Below, in pieces: positions 39,713-48,952 of a stretch of DNA of 56,459 nucleotides; the stretch's first letter is position 1, and every line of letters starts with the position of its first letter. The stretch covers positions 1-56,459 of IMG/VR virus record IMGVR_UViG_3300044617_001663; one strand, 5' to 3'. Position numbers and translations under genes: made by a program. The notes beneath the pieces were generated by a model that worked only from the letters and a program-made list of their open reading frames with translations, was not told the DNA's origin and searched no databases. The stretch comes from a virus (lineage: Duplodnaviria > Caudoviricetes).

Positions 39713-41193
39713 TGGATTTAACAATAGATCAACAAGACTCAGTTTATATAAAAGTATCATGTGAAAGATCGATAGCAAAAGAACTTTCTGATTTTTTTAC
39801 TTTTACCGTTCCAGGTCACAAATACATGCCAGCATTTCGCAACAAATACTGGGATGGTAAAATAAAACTTTATAACATCTACACACAAGAAATATATGCA
39901 GGTCTTGTTGACTATGTTATACAGTTTGCAAAAGATAGATCTTATACTTATGAGAACAATGTAAAAGATTCTGTTGATGTGCCAGTAGACTTAAATAAAT
40001 TTATAGACCATTTAAATATAACAATATCAGGAAAACCAGTACAACCATACGATTATCAAAAAGAGGCAATATATCACGCTCTCAAAGAAAAACGTGCATT
40101 ACTTTTATCTCCTACAGGTTCTGGTAAAAGCTTGATAATTTATACTCTTTGTCGTTATATTTTAAATTTAATACCAAAAGATAAGAAGATACTTATTATT
40201 GTTCCAACTATTTCATTAGTTTCGCAAATGTATTCTGACTTCGCAGATTATGCTGGAAAGACAGAATGGAAACCTAGAAATTTTGTTCACAAGATATTTG
40301 GCGGAGAAGAAAAAAATTCTAATAAAAGAATTACTATCTCTACTTGGCAAAGTATTTACAAATTACCAAATTCATATTTTGAACAATTTGAATGTGTATT
40401 TGGAGATGAATGTCACTTATTTAAAAGTAAATCTTTGACCGCTATTTTAACAAAACTTAAAAATTGTCCATACAGAATTGGAACAACGGGAACTCTAGAT
40501 GGTTCTTTTACACATAAACTAGTAATTGAAGGACTGTTTGGTAAGGTCAAAAAAGTTACATCCACAAAAGAACTCATAGACCAAAAGGTTCTTTCTAATT
40601 TATCAATTGATTGTATTGTATTAAAATATCCTGCAGAAATTTGTAATACAATGAAACGTTTAAAATATTCTGAAGAAATAGAATGGCTTGTAATAAATCA
40701 AAAAAGAAATCAGTTTATAACAAAACTTGCATTATCATTAAAAGGTAATACGCTTGTATTATTTCAATTTGTAGAAAAACATGGTAAAGTATTATATGAA
40801 ATGATGAAAGACAAGGATAAAAAAGTATTCTTTGTCCACGGTGGTACTGACGTAGACGATAGAGAAAAAATTCGAAAGATTGTTGAAAAAGAAGAAAATG
40901 CTATTATAATTGCATCCTATGGTACATTCTCTACAGGTATCTCCATCAAAAGACTACATAATATTGTATTCTCTTCTCCTTCTAAGAGCAGAATACGTGT
41001 TTTGCAATCGATAGGAAGACAATTGAGAAAGTCTGAATTCAAGGAGAAAGCCAGACTTTACGATATTGCAGATGATCTTTCATGGAAATCCTATCAAAAT
41101 CATACTCTTCGTCATTTTGTGGAAAGAATCAAGATCTATGAGTCAGAGAAGTTTGAACATAGAAAAATTATAGTCCAAGTAAAGGAGAGTTAA
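39709..41193 (+). CDS. uvsW: SF2 DNA helicase UvsW
   Basis: WDGKIKL; SPTGSGKS; GDECH; GTTGT; LQSIGR.LR. The ATG at 39709/39712 is preferred over the TTG at 39682. Confidence 0.96.
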   Translation: MMDLTIDQQDSVYIKVSCERSIAKELSDFFTFTVPGHKYMPAFRNKYWDGKIKLYNIYTQEIYAGLVDYVIQFAKDRSYTYENNVKDSVDVPVDLNKFIDHLNITISGKPVQPYDYQKEAIYHALKEKRALLLSPTGSGKSLIIYTLCRYILNLIPKDKKILIIVPTISLVSQMYSDFADYAGKTEWKPRNFVHKIFGGEEKNSNKRITISTWQSIYKLPNSYFEQFECVFGDECHLFKSKSLTAILTKLKNCPYRIGTTGTLDGSFTHKLVIEGLFGKVKKVTSTKELIDQKVLSNLSIDCIVLKYPAEICNTMKRLKYSEEIEWLVINQKRNQFITKLALSLKGNTLVLFQFVEKHGKVLYEMMKDKDKKVFFVHGGTDVDDREKIRKIVEKEENAIIIASYGTFSTGISIKRLHNIVFSSPSKSRIRVLQSIGRQLRKSEFKEKARLYDIADDLSWKSYQNHTLRHFVERIKIYESEKFEHRKIIVQVKES

Positions 41194-41744
41194 TGGAAAA
41201 CTATAAACTCATAAAATTACGTTCGGGAGAATCTATTATTGGTGATGTAAAATCTATTACTGATTACAAAACAGTGTTAATAGATCGTCCGATGTGTTAT
41301 AGAGTTGTATCTTTGATGGATCAAAAAAATGCAATCAATAACGATTTATTGATTTTTAGAAATTATAATGAATTTTCTGCAGATAATTTAGTTGAATTGC
41401 CTGTTGATTACATTGCAACTATAATGAATCCAGATAAAAATATTGTAAATTATTACATCACAGAAAAGAAAAAACAAGATTTGCCAGGTCCTTCAACATT
41501 AAAAGAAATATTTGAAGATGTTGACAATCTAGAATTTGATGGTCCATTTGATTTACCAACAGAAATAATAGATCAAATGATGAATGGTATTCAAGAAAAT
41601 CTTCATTCTATTGAAGGACTTCAGCCACCTAAGAAGAAAAAGAAAAGCAAAAAGGCTCCACCTTCTTCCTCTAAAAATAAAGTTGACCCTACTTGGGGAA
41701 ACAAATATACTGATTGGCCTATAGATCCTAATGACTATCTCTAA
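41193..41744 (+). CDS. Hypothetical protein with an Sm-like N-terminal pattern
   Basis: KLIKLRSGESIIG...P pattern; usual position between uvsW and gp55. Confidence 0.55.
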   Translation: MENYKLIKLRSGESIIGDVKSITDYKTVLIDRPMCYRVVSLMDQKNAINNDLLIFRNYNEFSADNLVELPVDYIATIMNPDKNIVNYYITEKKKQDLPGPSTLKEIFEDVDNLEFDGPFDLPTEIIDQMMNGIQENLHSIEGLQPPKKKKKSKKAPPSSSKNKVDPTWGNKYTDWPIDPNDYL

Positions 41745-41772
41745 TAGATCTATGGATGATTCCAACACAGTG

Positions 41773-41800
41773 ATTGTACAGGTCATTTTTTGCATGTCAA
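41773..41800 (-). promoter_or_regulatory. Antisense sigma70-type promoter TTGACA-N16-TACAAT
   Basis: Reverse complement reads TTGACA tgcaaaaaatgacctg TACAAT. Confidence 0.65.
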
Positions 41801-41840
41801 GTAAAATCTTTTAAGATTTTTTCACATTAAAACTTTTAAA

Positions 41841-41868
41841 TTGCATTCATTCCTTTGAGAGGTATAAT
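41841..41868 (+). promoter_or_regulatory. Sigma70-type promoter TTGCAT-N16-TATAAT for gp55
   Basis: Perfect -10 box, 20 nt before the gp55 ATG, with an AAGGAG SD. Confidence 0.65.
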
Positions 41869-41888
41869 GACCTCAAAAGGAGTATAAA

Positions 41889-42488
41889 ATGAAGAAAAAG
41901 AAGAAAAGTTCGCTGGAAGATATAGAATTAACTCAAGAAGAATTAAATAATATAGTTAAACCAAAAGCTAATAAAAATCACTATATTGATAACAAAAAGT
42001 TCTTCCAAGAAATGGTTGAGTGGAAAAAGAAAGTTAATGAGGCACAGCAACAAGGAGATCCAGTTCCTCCTGTATCAGATTACATTGGAATGTGCTTTTA
42101 TGAAATTGCACAAAATTTAGCAAAAAAACCAAACTTTGTAAACTATCCCTTCAAGGAAGACATGATTGGAGATGGGATTGAAAACTGTTTGATGTATTGC
42201 TCTAATTTTGATCCAGATAAATCAAGCAATCCATTCTCATATTTTACTCAAATAATTTATTATGCTTTCCTCCGAAAGATCGCAAAGGAAAAGAAGCAAA
42301 ATTATATCAAGTATAAGTATCTGAAATCTCTAGATACCAAGGGAGAGTTTAATGAAATACTCAAGGCTATGGGATTTACAGAAGATGAAGCTGAACATCT
42401 TGAGGAAATGGATGTAAAACTTTCTCCAAAAAGAAAGAAAAGAACAAAGAAAAAGAAGAAAAATCTAGAAGATATTATGGAGGATTGA
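41889..42488 (+). CDS. gp55: Late-transcription sigma factor gp55
   Basis: HYIDNKKF; YIG.CF..IA.NLA.KPNFVNY...EDMIGDGIENC; FDP.KS.NPFSYFTQIIYYAFLR.I.KEKKQ. Confidence 0.97.
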   Translation: MKKKKKSSLEDIELTQEELNNIVKPKANKNHYIDNKKFFQEMVEWKKKVNEAQQQGDPVPPVSDYIGMCFYEIAQNLAKKPNFVNYPFKEDMIGDGIENCLMYCSNFDPDKSSNPFSYFTQIIYYAFLRKIAKEKKQNYIKYKYLKSLDTKGEFNEILKAMGFTEDEAEHLEEMDVKLSPKRKKRTKKKKKNLEDIMED

Positions 42489-43531
42489 TGAAAGTAGCAT
42501 TGATTACTGATACGCATTTCGGTATTCGAAATGATTCTCCTCTTTTCGTAGATCATTTTTTAAATTTCTTTGAGAATATTTTTTTTCCGTATCTTGAAAA
42601 AAATAACATCACAGAAGTTATTCATCTAGGTGATCTATTAGATCGTAGAAAGTTTGTAAATTTTTACATTCTTTCTCAAGTTAAGAAGAGATTCTTTACT
42701 CCTTTCAATGAAGGAAAGTATAATCTTCATTGTATTATTGGTAATCATGATACTTATTTTAGAAATACAAATGATTTGAATTCAGTGACAGAACTTTTTG
42801 AAAAAGATAGGCTTATAATTTATGACAAACCTCAAGTTGTTTCTATTTGTAATCTTGATATGGCTTTTCTCCCTTGGATTAGTAAATCGAATGAGGAAGA
42901 ATCCCTAAAATTTATTCAAAAAGCCAAGGCAGATATTTTGCTTGGTCACCTTGAATTGAAGGGGTATCAAGTTCTTCGTGGTGTAAAATCAGAAGAAGGA
43001 ATTGATGCATCTCTTTTCAAGAGATATGAAATGGTTCTTTCTGGTCATTTTCATTGTCGTCATGAGGATGGAAATATTAAATATCTCGGGACGCCATACC
43101 AGATGACGATAGCAGAAACAAATGAAAGAAAGGGATTTCACGTACTAGATTGTTCTACAAGAGAACTTGAATTCATAGAAAATCCATATAAAATCTTTCA
43201 TAGCATTCGATATGATGATCGAAATACCGATATGAATAAAATTGATTTTACTCCATATAAGGATGGATATATTAAACTTTTTGTGGATAATAAAACAAAA
43301 CCTTCCATGTTTGAAAAGTTTTTGGATAATTTATATTCTCTTCCAACAACATCTGTGACAATAATGGAAGAAAATAATGCAATGGAACTTGACAAAGAAA
43401 GTTTAGTCGATACAACTAAGGATACTCTTACAATCATCAATGATGAAATTGATAAATTGGAAGAAGTTCAAAATAAAGATAAACTTAAGAAAATCGTTCA
43501 TGACCTTTATCTGGAAAGTGTAAATCAATGA
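42488..43531 (+). CDS. gp47: Recombination nuclease gp47 (Mre11/SbcD-like)
   Basis: ITDTHFG; HLGD..DRRK; GNHD; GHLE; SGHFH; YLGTPY. Confidence 0.96.
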   Translation: MKVALITDTHFGIRNDSPLFVDHFLNFFENIFFPYLEKNNITEVIHLGDLLDRRKFVNFYILSQVKKRFFTPFNEGKYNLHCIIGNHDTYFRNTNDLNSVTELFEKDRLIIYDKPQVVSICNLDMAFLPWISKSNEEESLKFIQKAKADILLGHLELKGYQVLRGVKSEEGIDASLFKRYEMVLSGHFHCRHEDGNIKYLGTPYQMTIAETNERKGFHVLDCSTRELEFIENPYKIFHSIRYDDRNTDMNKIDFTPYKDGYIKLFVDNKTKPSMFEKFLDNLYSLPTTSVTIMEENNAMELDKESLVDTTKDTLTIINDEIDKLEEVQNKDKLKKIVHDLYLESVNQ

Positions 43532-44133
43532 ATATTTTTGTGGTTTCCGAAGATCCTGTCGAAGCAGCACACAGTCTGTGTGATAAACATGTGGTAAAAA
43601 TGATTGTCGAAACGGCACAAATGCTTTCCACGGCCCATCGTGTTCTCGATGGAGTGGAATGTCAACGACTTTCAAAAAATAATAGAAAACTCAAATACTG
43701 GCGTCTGGATGATATTTTTATGGAACAATATCTATGTTTGCCAACAATGGTAAATCATCCATGCACAAAATGGGCAATGATATGTAACGAAAACTATCAT
43801 TGGCTTGCCGTACATGGTGTTGGTCTTTGTGAGGCATATACATGCAGATACGGAAAAACACATTCCATGCATGAACTGTTGTCTGTTCATCTTACGAACC
43901 CACCAAGATCAATTAATAGGGATATGTTTTTAACAAAATTTGCTCAAGCAATGCCAGATAAGTACAAGAATGAATGTGCTATTACCGCATATAGAAATTA
44001 TTATATTCATGAAAAATCAAGGTTTGCTAAATGGAATAAGGGTCAAAATGCCCCAGAATGGTATACTAGAGGAGTATCAGAATTAATAAATACTCCTAAA
44101 GAGGATATGAATGCTATTTTACAATCCATTTAA
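43528..44133 (+). CDS. Pyrimidine-dimer DNA glycosylase-like protein
   Basis: MNIF....DP..AA...CDKHVVKMIVETAQMLSTAHR; NHPCTKW; Y..RYGK.H; QAMPD.YK; AYRNYY. Confidence 0.75.
   Translation: MNIFVVSEDPVEAAHSLCDKHVVKMIVETAQMLSTAHRVLDGVECQRLSKNNRKLKYWRLDDIFMEQYLCLPTMVNHPCTKWAMICNENYHWLAVHGVGLCEAYTCRYGKTHSMHELLSVHLTNPPRSINRDMFLTKFAQAMPDKYKNECAITAYRNYYIHEKSRFAKWNKGQNAPEWYTRGVSELINTPKEDMNAILQSI
44085..44092 (+). promoter_or_regulatory. Candidate late promoter AATAAATA for the gp68-like gene
   Basis: One mismatch to consensus, followed by GAGGA and the ATG at 44111. Confidence 0.45.
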
Positions 44134-44599
44134 AATTGATTTTACCGGGCAATTATCTATTATAGACGTAGACGAATATACGTCTATGATATCATTTGAC
44201 AACATTGTAGCAGAAGAAATTAAACAAATTCTTGAATTTGACGCTTATGAATATAATCAGGTTCAAGATAATATTATAGTAATAGACGGAAATTTAGAAG
44301 AATTAACTGAAACATTTTTAGAATTTGATTTATTTCATACAGACAATATTCACGAACTTTCTGAAGGTGTTGCAAAAAGAACTTTAGTAGTCAGAAAAGG
44401 ACAAAGAAAAGTTATTTTTAAATGCAAACCAGGTGAGAAAAAAATAGGAAGAAGATGCGTTCAAAGAAAAGCATCAGAACTAAATAGGATGAAAAGAAGA
44501 GCTAAGATAGCAGCAAGAAAAGCAAGAGCCAAAAAATCAAGTGCTAGTAGACTTCGTAAAGTATCTTTAAGAAAAAGAAAACAACTATTTCACAAATAA
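44111..44599 (+). CDS. Prohead core protein-like (gp68-like)
   Basis: Acidic N-terminal half, an 'LSE' motif resembling gp21 cleavage sites, then a very basic tail (RRAKIAARKARAKK...RLRKVSLRKRKQL) like T4 gp68. Confidence 0.55.
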   Translation: MLFYNPFKIDFTGQLSIIDVDEYTSMISFDNIVAEEIKQILEFDAYEYNQVQDNIIVIDGNLEELTETFLEFDLFHTDNIHELSEGVAKRTLVVRKGQRKVIFKCKPGEKKIGRRCVQRKASELNRMKRRAKIAARKARAKKSSASRLRKVSLRKRKQLFHK

Positions 44600-44605
44600 T
44601 ATATT

Positions 44606-46309
44606 ATGATTACATTTGAAAAGATTAGATGGAAAAACTTTCTATCTACTGGTAATAATTTTATAGAATTATCCTTGGACAAAAAGAAAACCACCTTAAT
44701 AAGTGGAGAAAATGGAGCAGGCAAGACAACGTTACTAGATGCTCTTGCATTTGTTCTATTTGGTAAACCATATAGAAATGTAAATATTGATCAAGTAGTT
44801 AACTCTATAAATCAAAAAGATTGTGTTGTTGAAATAGAATTTTCTATTGGTTCTTTTTCATATAAAGTCAGAAGAGGACTCAAACCAAAATTGTTTGAGA
44901 TTTATCGAAATGATGAACTTATAGATCAAGAATCAAAATCAAAAGATTATCAAAGAATGTTTGAAGAAACAATTCTGAAGATGAACTACAAGTCTTTCTG
45001 TCAAGTAGTTATTCTGGGAAGCACAAATTATGTTCCATTCATGCGTCTAACTGCAGCAGAAAGAAGAGAACTTGTAGAAGAACTTCTTGATATTAATATT
45101 TTTTCAAACATGAATTCAGTTTTAAAAACAAAGTTGGCTACTTGCAAAGAAGAACTGAAAGATGTTGATCATAATCTGGCTTTGATAAATGAGAGAAAGA
45201 AAGCACAACAGAGGCAGATTCAAGTCCTTGAAGATAAGGCAAAACAATCTACTCAAACTTATCAAAAAGAAATAGAAGAAAATCAAAACATCATTAAACA
45301 ATGTGAAATTGAAAATAATTCTCTTAGAGATAAGATGAATAATATCCAGGTTAAAAGAGATGCACTAGATAAAGTTAATATAACTGAAGCATTTAAGGCT
45401 ATGGATAAAGAAGACGATACTATAACTGCAGCAAAAAAAGAAATAAAATTTTATGAGAGTAATAATAGTTGTACTCTGTGCAAACAAAATTTATGTGAGG
45501 AGCACAAGAATAGTATTATAACAGAATTGAATAATACAATTGAAACCTCTAGAAAAAGCATAACTAAGATAGAAAAAATTATTGTAAAAATGAAAGGCAT
45601 TAAAGAGCAAGATGATAAACTCTATGTTGAACTGATGTCCTTGGAAAAACAAATAAGAGATAATAACAATAATATTTCTGCTTGTAATCAATATATTACA
45701 AAAATGCAAAAACAAATTAGTGACCTTCAAATTGAAGATATTGAGGAAGAAAGGTCTAAATTAGAGGAACTTGATCTTTCAATCAGTGAACAACACCAAA
45801 GAAGAAAAAATATAGAGGAAGACGTTCAATATTTGGCATATGCTAGTTTTCTCATGAAAGATACTGGTATTAAGAGCAAAATTATTAAATATTATTTGCC
45901 AATTATGAATAAAACTATTAATAAATATCTTTCTAGTATGGATTTCTTTGTCAAATTTGAATTAGATGAGACATTTACTGAAACAATTAAAAGTAGACAT
46001 AGAGATATATTTACCTATGATAGCTTCAGTGAAGGAGAAAAAAGAAGAATAGATCTATCTCTTCTTTTTGCCTGGAGAGCAGTTGCGCAACAGAAAAATT
46101 CATTAAATTGTAATCTTCTTATATTTGATGAAGTATTAGATGGCAGTCTAGATGATACTGCCACAGAATATTTCCTAAATATTTTGAAGAATCTAGGTAA
46201 GAATACAAATGTATTTGTAATTTCCCATAAATCAAAAGAAATATTACAAGACAAATTTGTAGATCATATAACATTTGTAAAGAAAAATAATTTTACTAAA
46301 CTAACTTGA
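44606..46309 (+). CDS. gp46: Recombination ATPase gp46 (Rad50/SbcC-like)
   Basis: WKNFLSTGN; GENGAGKT; zinc hook CTLC; FSEGEK; LIFDEVLDGSLD; FVISHK. Confidence 0.97.
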   Translation: MITFEKIRWKNFLSTGNNFIELSLDKKKTTLISGENGAGKTTLLDALAFVLFGKPYRNVNIDQVVNSINQKDCVVEIEFSIGSFSYKVRRGLKPKLFEIYRNDELIDQESKSKDYQRMFEETILKMNYKSFCQVVILGSTNYVPFMRLTAAERRELVEELLDINIFSNMNSVLKTKLATCKEELKDVDHNLALINERKKAQQRQIQVLEDKAKQSTQTYQKEIEENQNIIKQCEIENNSLRDKMNNIQVKRDALDKVNITEAFKAMDKEDDTITAAKKEIKFYESNNSCTLCKQNLCEEHKNSIITELNNTIETSRKSITKIEKIIVKMKGIKEQDDKLYVELMSLEKQIRDNNNNISACNQYITKMQKQISDLQIEDIEEERSKLEELDLSISEQHQRRKNIEEDVQYLAYASFLMKDTGIKSKIIKYYLPIMNKTINKYLSSMDFFVKFELDETFTETIKSRHRDIFTYDSFSEGEKRRIDLSLLFAWRAVAQQKNSLNCNLLIFDEVLDGSLDDTATEYFLNILKNLGKNTNVFVISHKSKEILQDKFVDHITFVKKNNFTKLT

Positions 46310-46333
46310 CAAGAAAACTATAAAGACTACAAT
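46306..46333 (+). promoter_or_regulatory. Sigma70-type promoter TTGACA-N16-TACAAT
   Basis: Perfect -35; the -10 box ends 7 nt before the ATG at 46341. Confidence 0.7.
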
Positions 46334-46340
46334 ATACATC

Positions 46341-47492
46341 ATGGCAAAGCGATACCTAACAGTCCCTAAAGGTGAAAATGCATATGTGGCAATTTATGGT
46401 AGAGAGCCACTTTTAACCGTAGCAGATTACCCAGATGCTGCAGCCAGAGAAACAGCAATTAATTCTGCTCTAAATTGGTATAGAAACAATTCTTCAAAGA
46501 AAGATTTGAAGAAGTATTCTATAGAGTATGCAAAGAAAAATTCGTACTCAAAAGAACAAATTGAAAAGTTGGAAAATGAACAATACACTGCTTTTGAATT
46601 TAGTATAGTTGGTGGTCTTTGTCGAATTTCAAATAGAGGATTTCCTCTAACAGACAATTTGACAAAATTTGTCACAGATAATCTTCTACCAATTCTTCAA
46701 CGAAAGAAGATTAAAGAGGTAGACAATGATATAAAGCAAAAGATAACAGTTCAAGATAGAATTGTAAATCAAGTTAAAGAGTATATTTCTGAACTTGAAA
46801 GATATGTAGATTGTTATTTGGACAATCTAATTTCCTCTAATCCAGAAAAGTTGAAAGATCTTTCAGAATGGATTCGGGAAAAAGATGTGAAATCACAACA
46901 ATCAAAAATGATTGCGGATTGGTATAGACCAAAGATCGATCAGATTCAATCTGCAATCGATGGTGATGAAATTATGAGGGAAGGATATTGTTTTCTTTCT
47001 ATGCCAAAGTTGCGTAGATATGGAGAATTTTTTCGTAATCTAGTTAATATTTTTGATGAAAATTCCAAGATTACAAAAGCAGTTAGAAAGCCAAGAGCAA
47101 AGAAAAAGAAGTCACCAGACAAACAAGTTGCAAAATTGAAGTATCTTAAGGAATATTCTATTGGAAATAGAAAATTGACTTCTATAGATCCACGTGATAT
47201 AATTGGCGCTAGTAAGTTGGTTGTGTTTAATACAAAATACAATAAACTTACAGTTTATGAAAAATCAAGTCTTGTTGATGGATTTTCAGTAAAGGGTTGC
47301 ACATTGATTGGTTATGACGAAAAGAATTCTTCCACTAAGAAGATCAGAAAGCCAGAATCTTTTGATTTTAATAAATTCTTGGGTGGAGCAAGGGCAGTTA
47401 ATAATACTTTTAAGGACATCTCAACCAAAGAGTCTCTTCCCAATGGAAGATTCAACGAGCACGTAATTATAATTCAGGCAATTCACTCATGA
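46341..47492 (+). CDS. Conserved hypothetical protein of T4-like phages
   Basis: ALNWY; RKPRAKK...DKQVAKLKY; SIDP..IIGA..L.VFNTK; GFSVKG.TL; IRKPE. Confidence 0.65.
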   Translation: MAKRYLTVPKGENAYVAIYGREPLLTVADYPDAAARETAINSALNWYRNNSSKKDLKKYSIEYAKKNSYSKEQIEKLENEQYTAFEFSIVGGLCRISNRGFPLTDNLTKFVTDNLLPILQRKKIKEVDNDIKQKITVQDRIVNQVKEYISELERYVDCYLDNLISSNPEKLKDLSEWIREKDVKSQQSKMIADWYRPKIDQIQSAIDGDEIMREGYCFLSMPKLRRYGEFFRNLVNIFDENSKITKAVRKPRAKKKKSPDKQVAKLKYLKEYSIGNRKLTSIDPRDIIGASKLVVFNTKYNKLTVYEKSSLVDGFSVKGCTLIGYDEKNSSTKKIRKPESFDFNKFLGGARAVNNTFKDISTKESLPNGRFNEHVIIIQAIHS

Positions 47493-48322
47493 TTTTACTT
47501 GACAATACTCAAATTATTCTTTCAAGCATTTTTGTTCATTATCGATCTCCACAAGAGATTAATGAGGATATTATTCGCCACACTACACTGAACACATACC
47601 GAATGTATAAAAATATGTACGGTAAAGAGTATGGCGAACTTGTAATTTGTCAAGATGCTGGTAATTCTTGGCGTAAGGACATTTTTCCACAATATAAAAT
47701 TAATCGCAAGAAGAATAGATCAAAAGACTTTGATTGGGATAGAATCTTTGAAGTGATGTCTCAAATTCGTAATGAAGTTGCAGAGATTTTTCCCTATAAA
47801 AGCATTCGTGTTGAACGATGTGAAGCAGATGATATTATTGCAATTCTCACAAAGCATTATCATGAAACAGAAAAAATTATGATTGTTTCTAGTGATAAGG
47901 ACTTTGTTCAACTGTATAGATATCCGAATGTTAAAATTTATAGCCCTTCACAGAAGAGTATTGTTTCTTGTAAAGATCCAGAAGTTTCTCTTTTTGAACA
48001 TATTGTTAGGGGAGATTCTGTTGATGGAATTCCTAATATTTTGTCTGATGACGACACTTTTGCTGTAGACGGAAAACGACAGAAGCCACTCTCTGCTAAA
48101 AAGTTGGATGCGTGGTCAACTTCAAGATCATTTCCAACAGAATATACTCAAAATTGGGAAAGAAATCAAAAATTGGTCGATCTAACCTATATACCAGAGG
48201 AGTATGAAAAGAATATCATGAAGGAATACATGATTCCTCCTGTAGGATCTAGGAGTAAAATTTTTGATTACTTTGTACAGCATAAGATGAAAAATTTGAT
48301 TGAAAACATACAGGAATTTTGA
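47489..48322 (+). CDS. rnh: RNase H / 5'-3' flap exonuclease (T4 rnh-like)
   Basis: MILLD; WRKDIFPQYK.NRKK; EADDII; SSDKDFVQL; GDSVDGIPNILSDDD. Confidence 0.93.
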   Translation: MILLDNTQIILSSIFVHYRSPQEINEDIIRHTTLNTYRMYKNMYGKEYGELVICQDAGNSWRKDIFPQYKINRKKNRSKDFDWDRIFEVMSQIRNEVAEIFPYKSIRVERCEADDIIAILTKHYHETEKIMIVSSDKDFVQLYRYPNVKIYSPSQKSIVSCKDPEVSLFEHIVRGDSVDGIPNILSDDDTFAVDGKRQKPLSAKKLDAWSTSRSFPTEYTQNWERNQKLVDLTYIPEEYEKNIMKEYMIPPVGSRSKIFDYFVQHKMKNLIENIQEF

Positions 48323-48323
48323 A

Positions 48324-48767
48324 ATGAATAAAACTATACCAGAAATACTAAGTTTGATCTCTGAAGCAAAATCTGACAAAGAAGTTGTAGATATTCTTAC
48401 AAGAAATACAACCCCAGCACTACAAATTTGTCTTAGGGCAAATTATGATCCCTCTATAGAGCCAATCTATACATCTTCTTCCATCCCAGAATATGAGCCA
48501 GATGATTCTCCTATAGGTTATTCTTATAGTTCTCTCTTTAGAGAAGCAGATAGATTGCCTTATTTCTTTAAAACAAATAGACTCATAACAGATGAAAAGA
48601 AAAGAAATAGAAAATTAAAAATTATTCTAGAGAGTATAAATTCTGCTGAATCTGCAATTTTAGAAAAAATTCTAACTAAATCTTATATTAATCCCAATTT
48701 AAATATTGATGTTATCAATACTGCATTTCCAAATTTGATCGTTGAAAGGATGAATGATTTGCTATGA
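48324..48767 (+). CDS. Conserved hypothetical protein downstream of rnh
   Basis: IPEIL...NYDP...P.Y.P...SL..E...L.YF...LESI...E...AFP pattern; the ATG at 48324 avoids overlap with rnh. Confidence 0.6.
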   Translation: MNKTIPEILSLISEAKSDKEVVDILTRNTTPALQICLRANYDPSIEPIYTSSSIPEYEPDDSPIGYSYSSLFREADRLPYFFKTNRLITDEKKRNRKLKIILESINSAESAILEKILTKSYINPNLNIDVINTAFPNLIVERMNDLL

Positions 48768-48949
48768 GCAATAAAGATTATCGATATGATGCATCTGATG
48801 ACAGAAGAGATGCAAAAAGAGTTAGAAAAAATTGTAGAAAGGGAAAGAAGCAAAGAGGAAATGAACAAGAAATTTTGAGAGGAATAGCAGACGGTTATAT
48901 TCCAGAAGATGATTATTATGATGACTATCTAGATGAAGATGAGGATTGA
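48764..48949 (+). CDS. Small protein, basic centre and acidic tail
   Basis: 61-aa ORF coupled by an ATGA overlap, filling the gap. Confidence 0.55.
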   Translation: MSNKDYRYDASDDRRDAKRVRKNCRKGKKQRGNEQEILRGIADGYIPEDDYYDDYLDEDED

Positions 48950-48952
48950 ATA

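Noticed and set aside
25357-46309. Inteins, introns or homing endonucleases in terminase, portal, capsid, UvsW or gp46
   Set aside because: Lengths are typical, motifs are contiguous, and no splice-junction or endonuclease motifs were seen.
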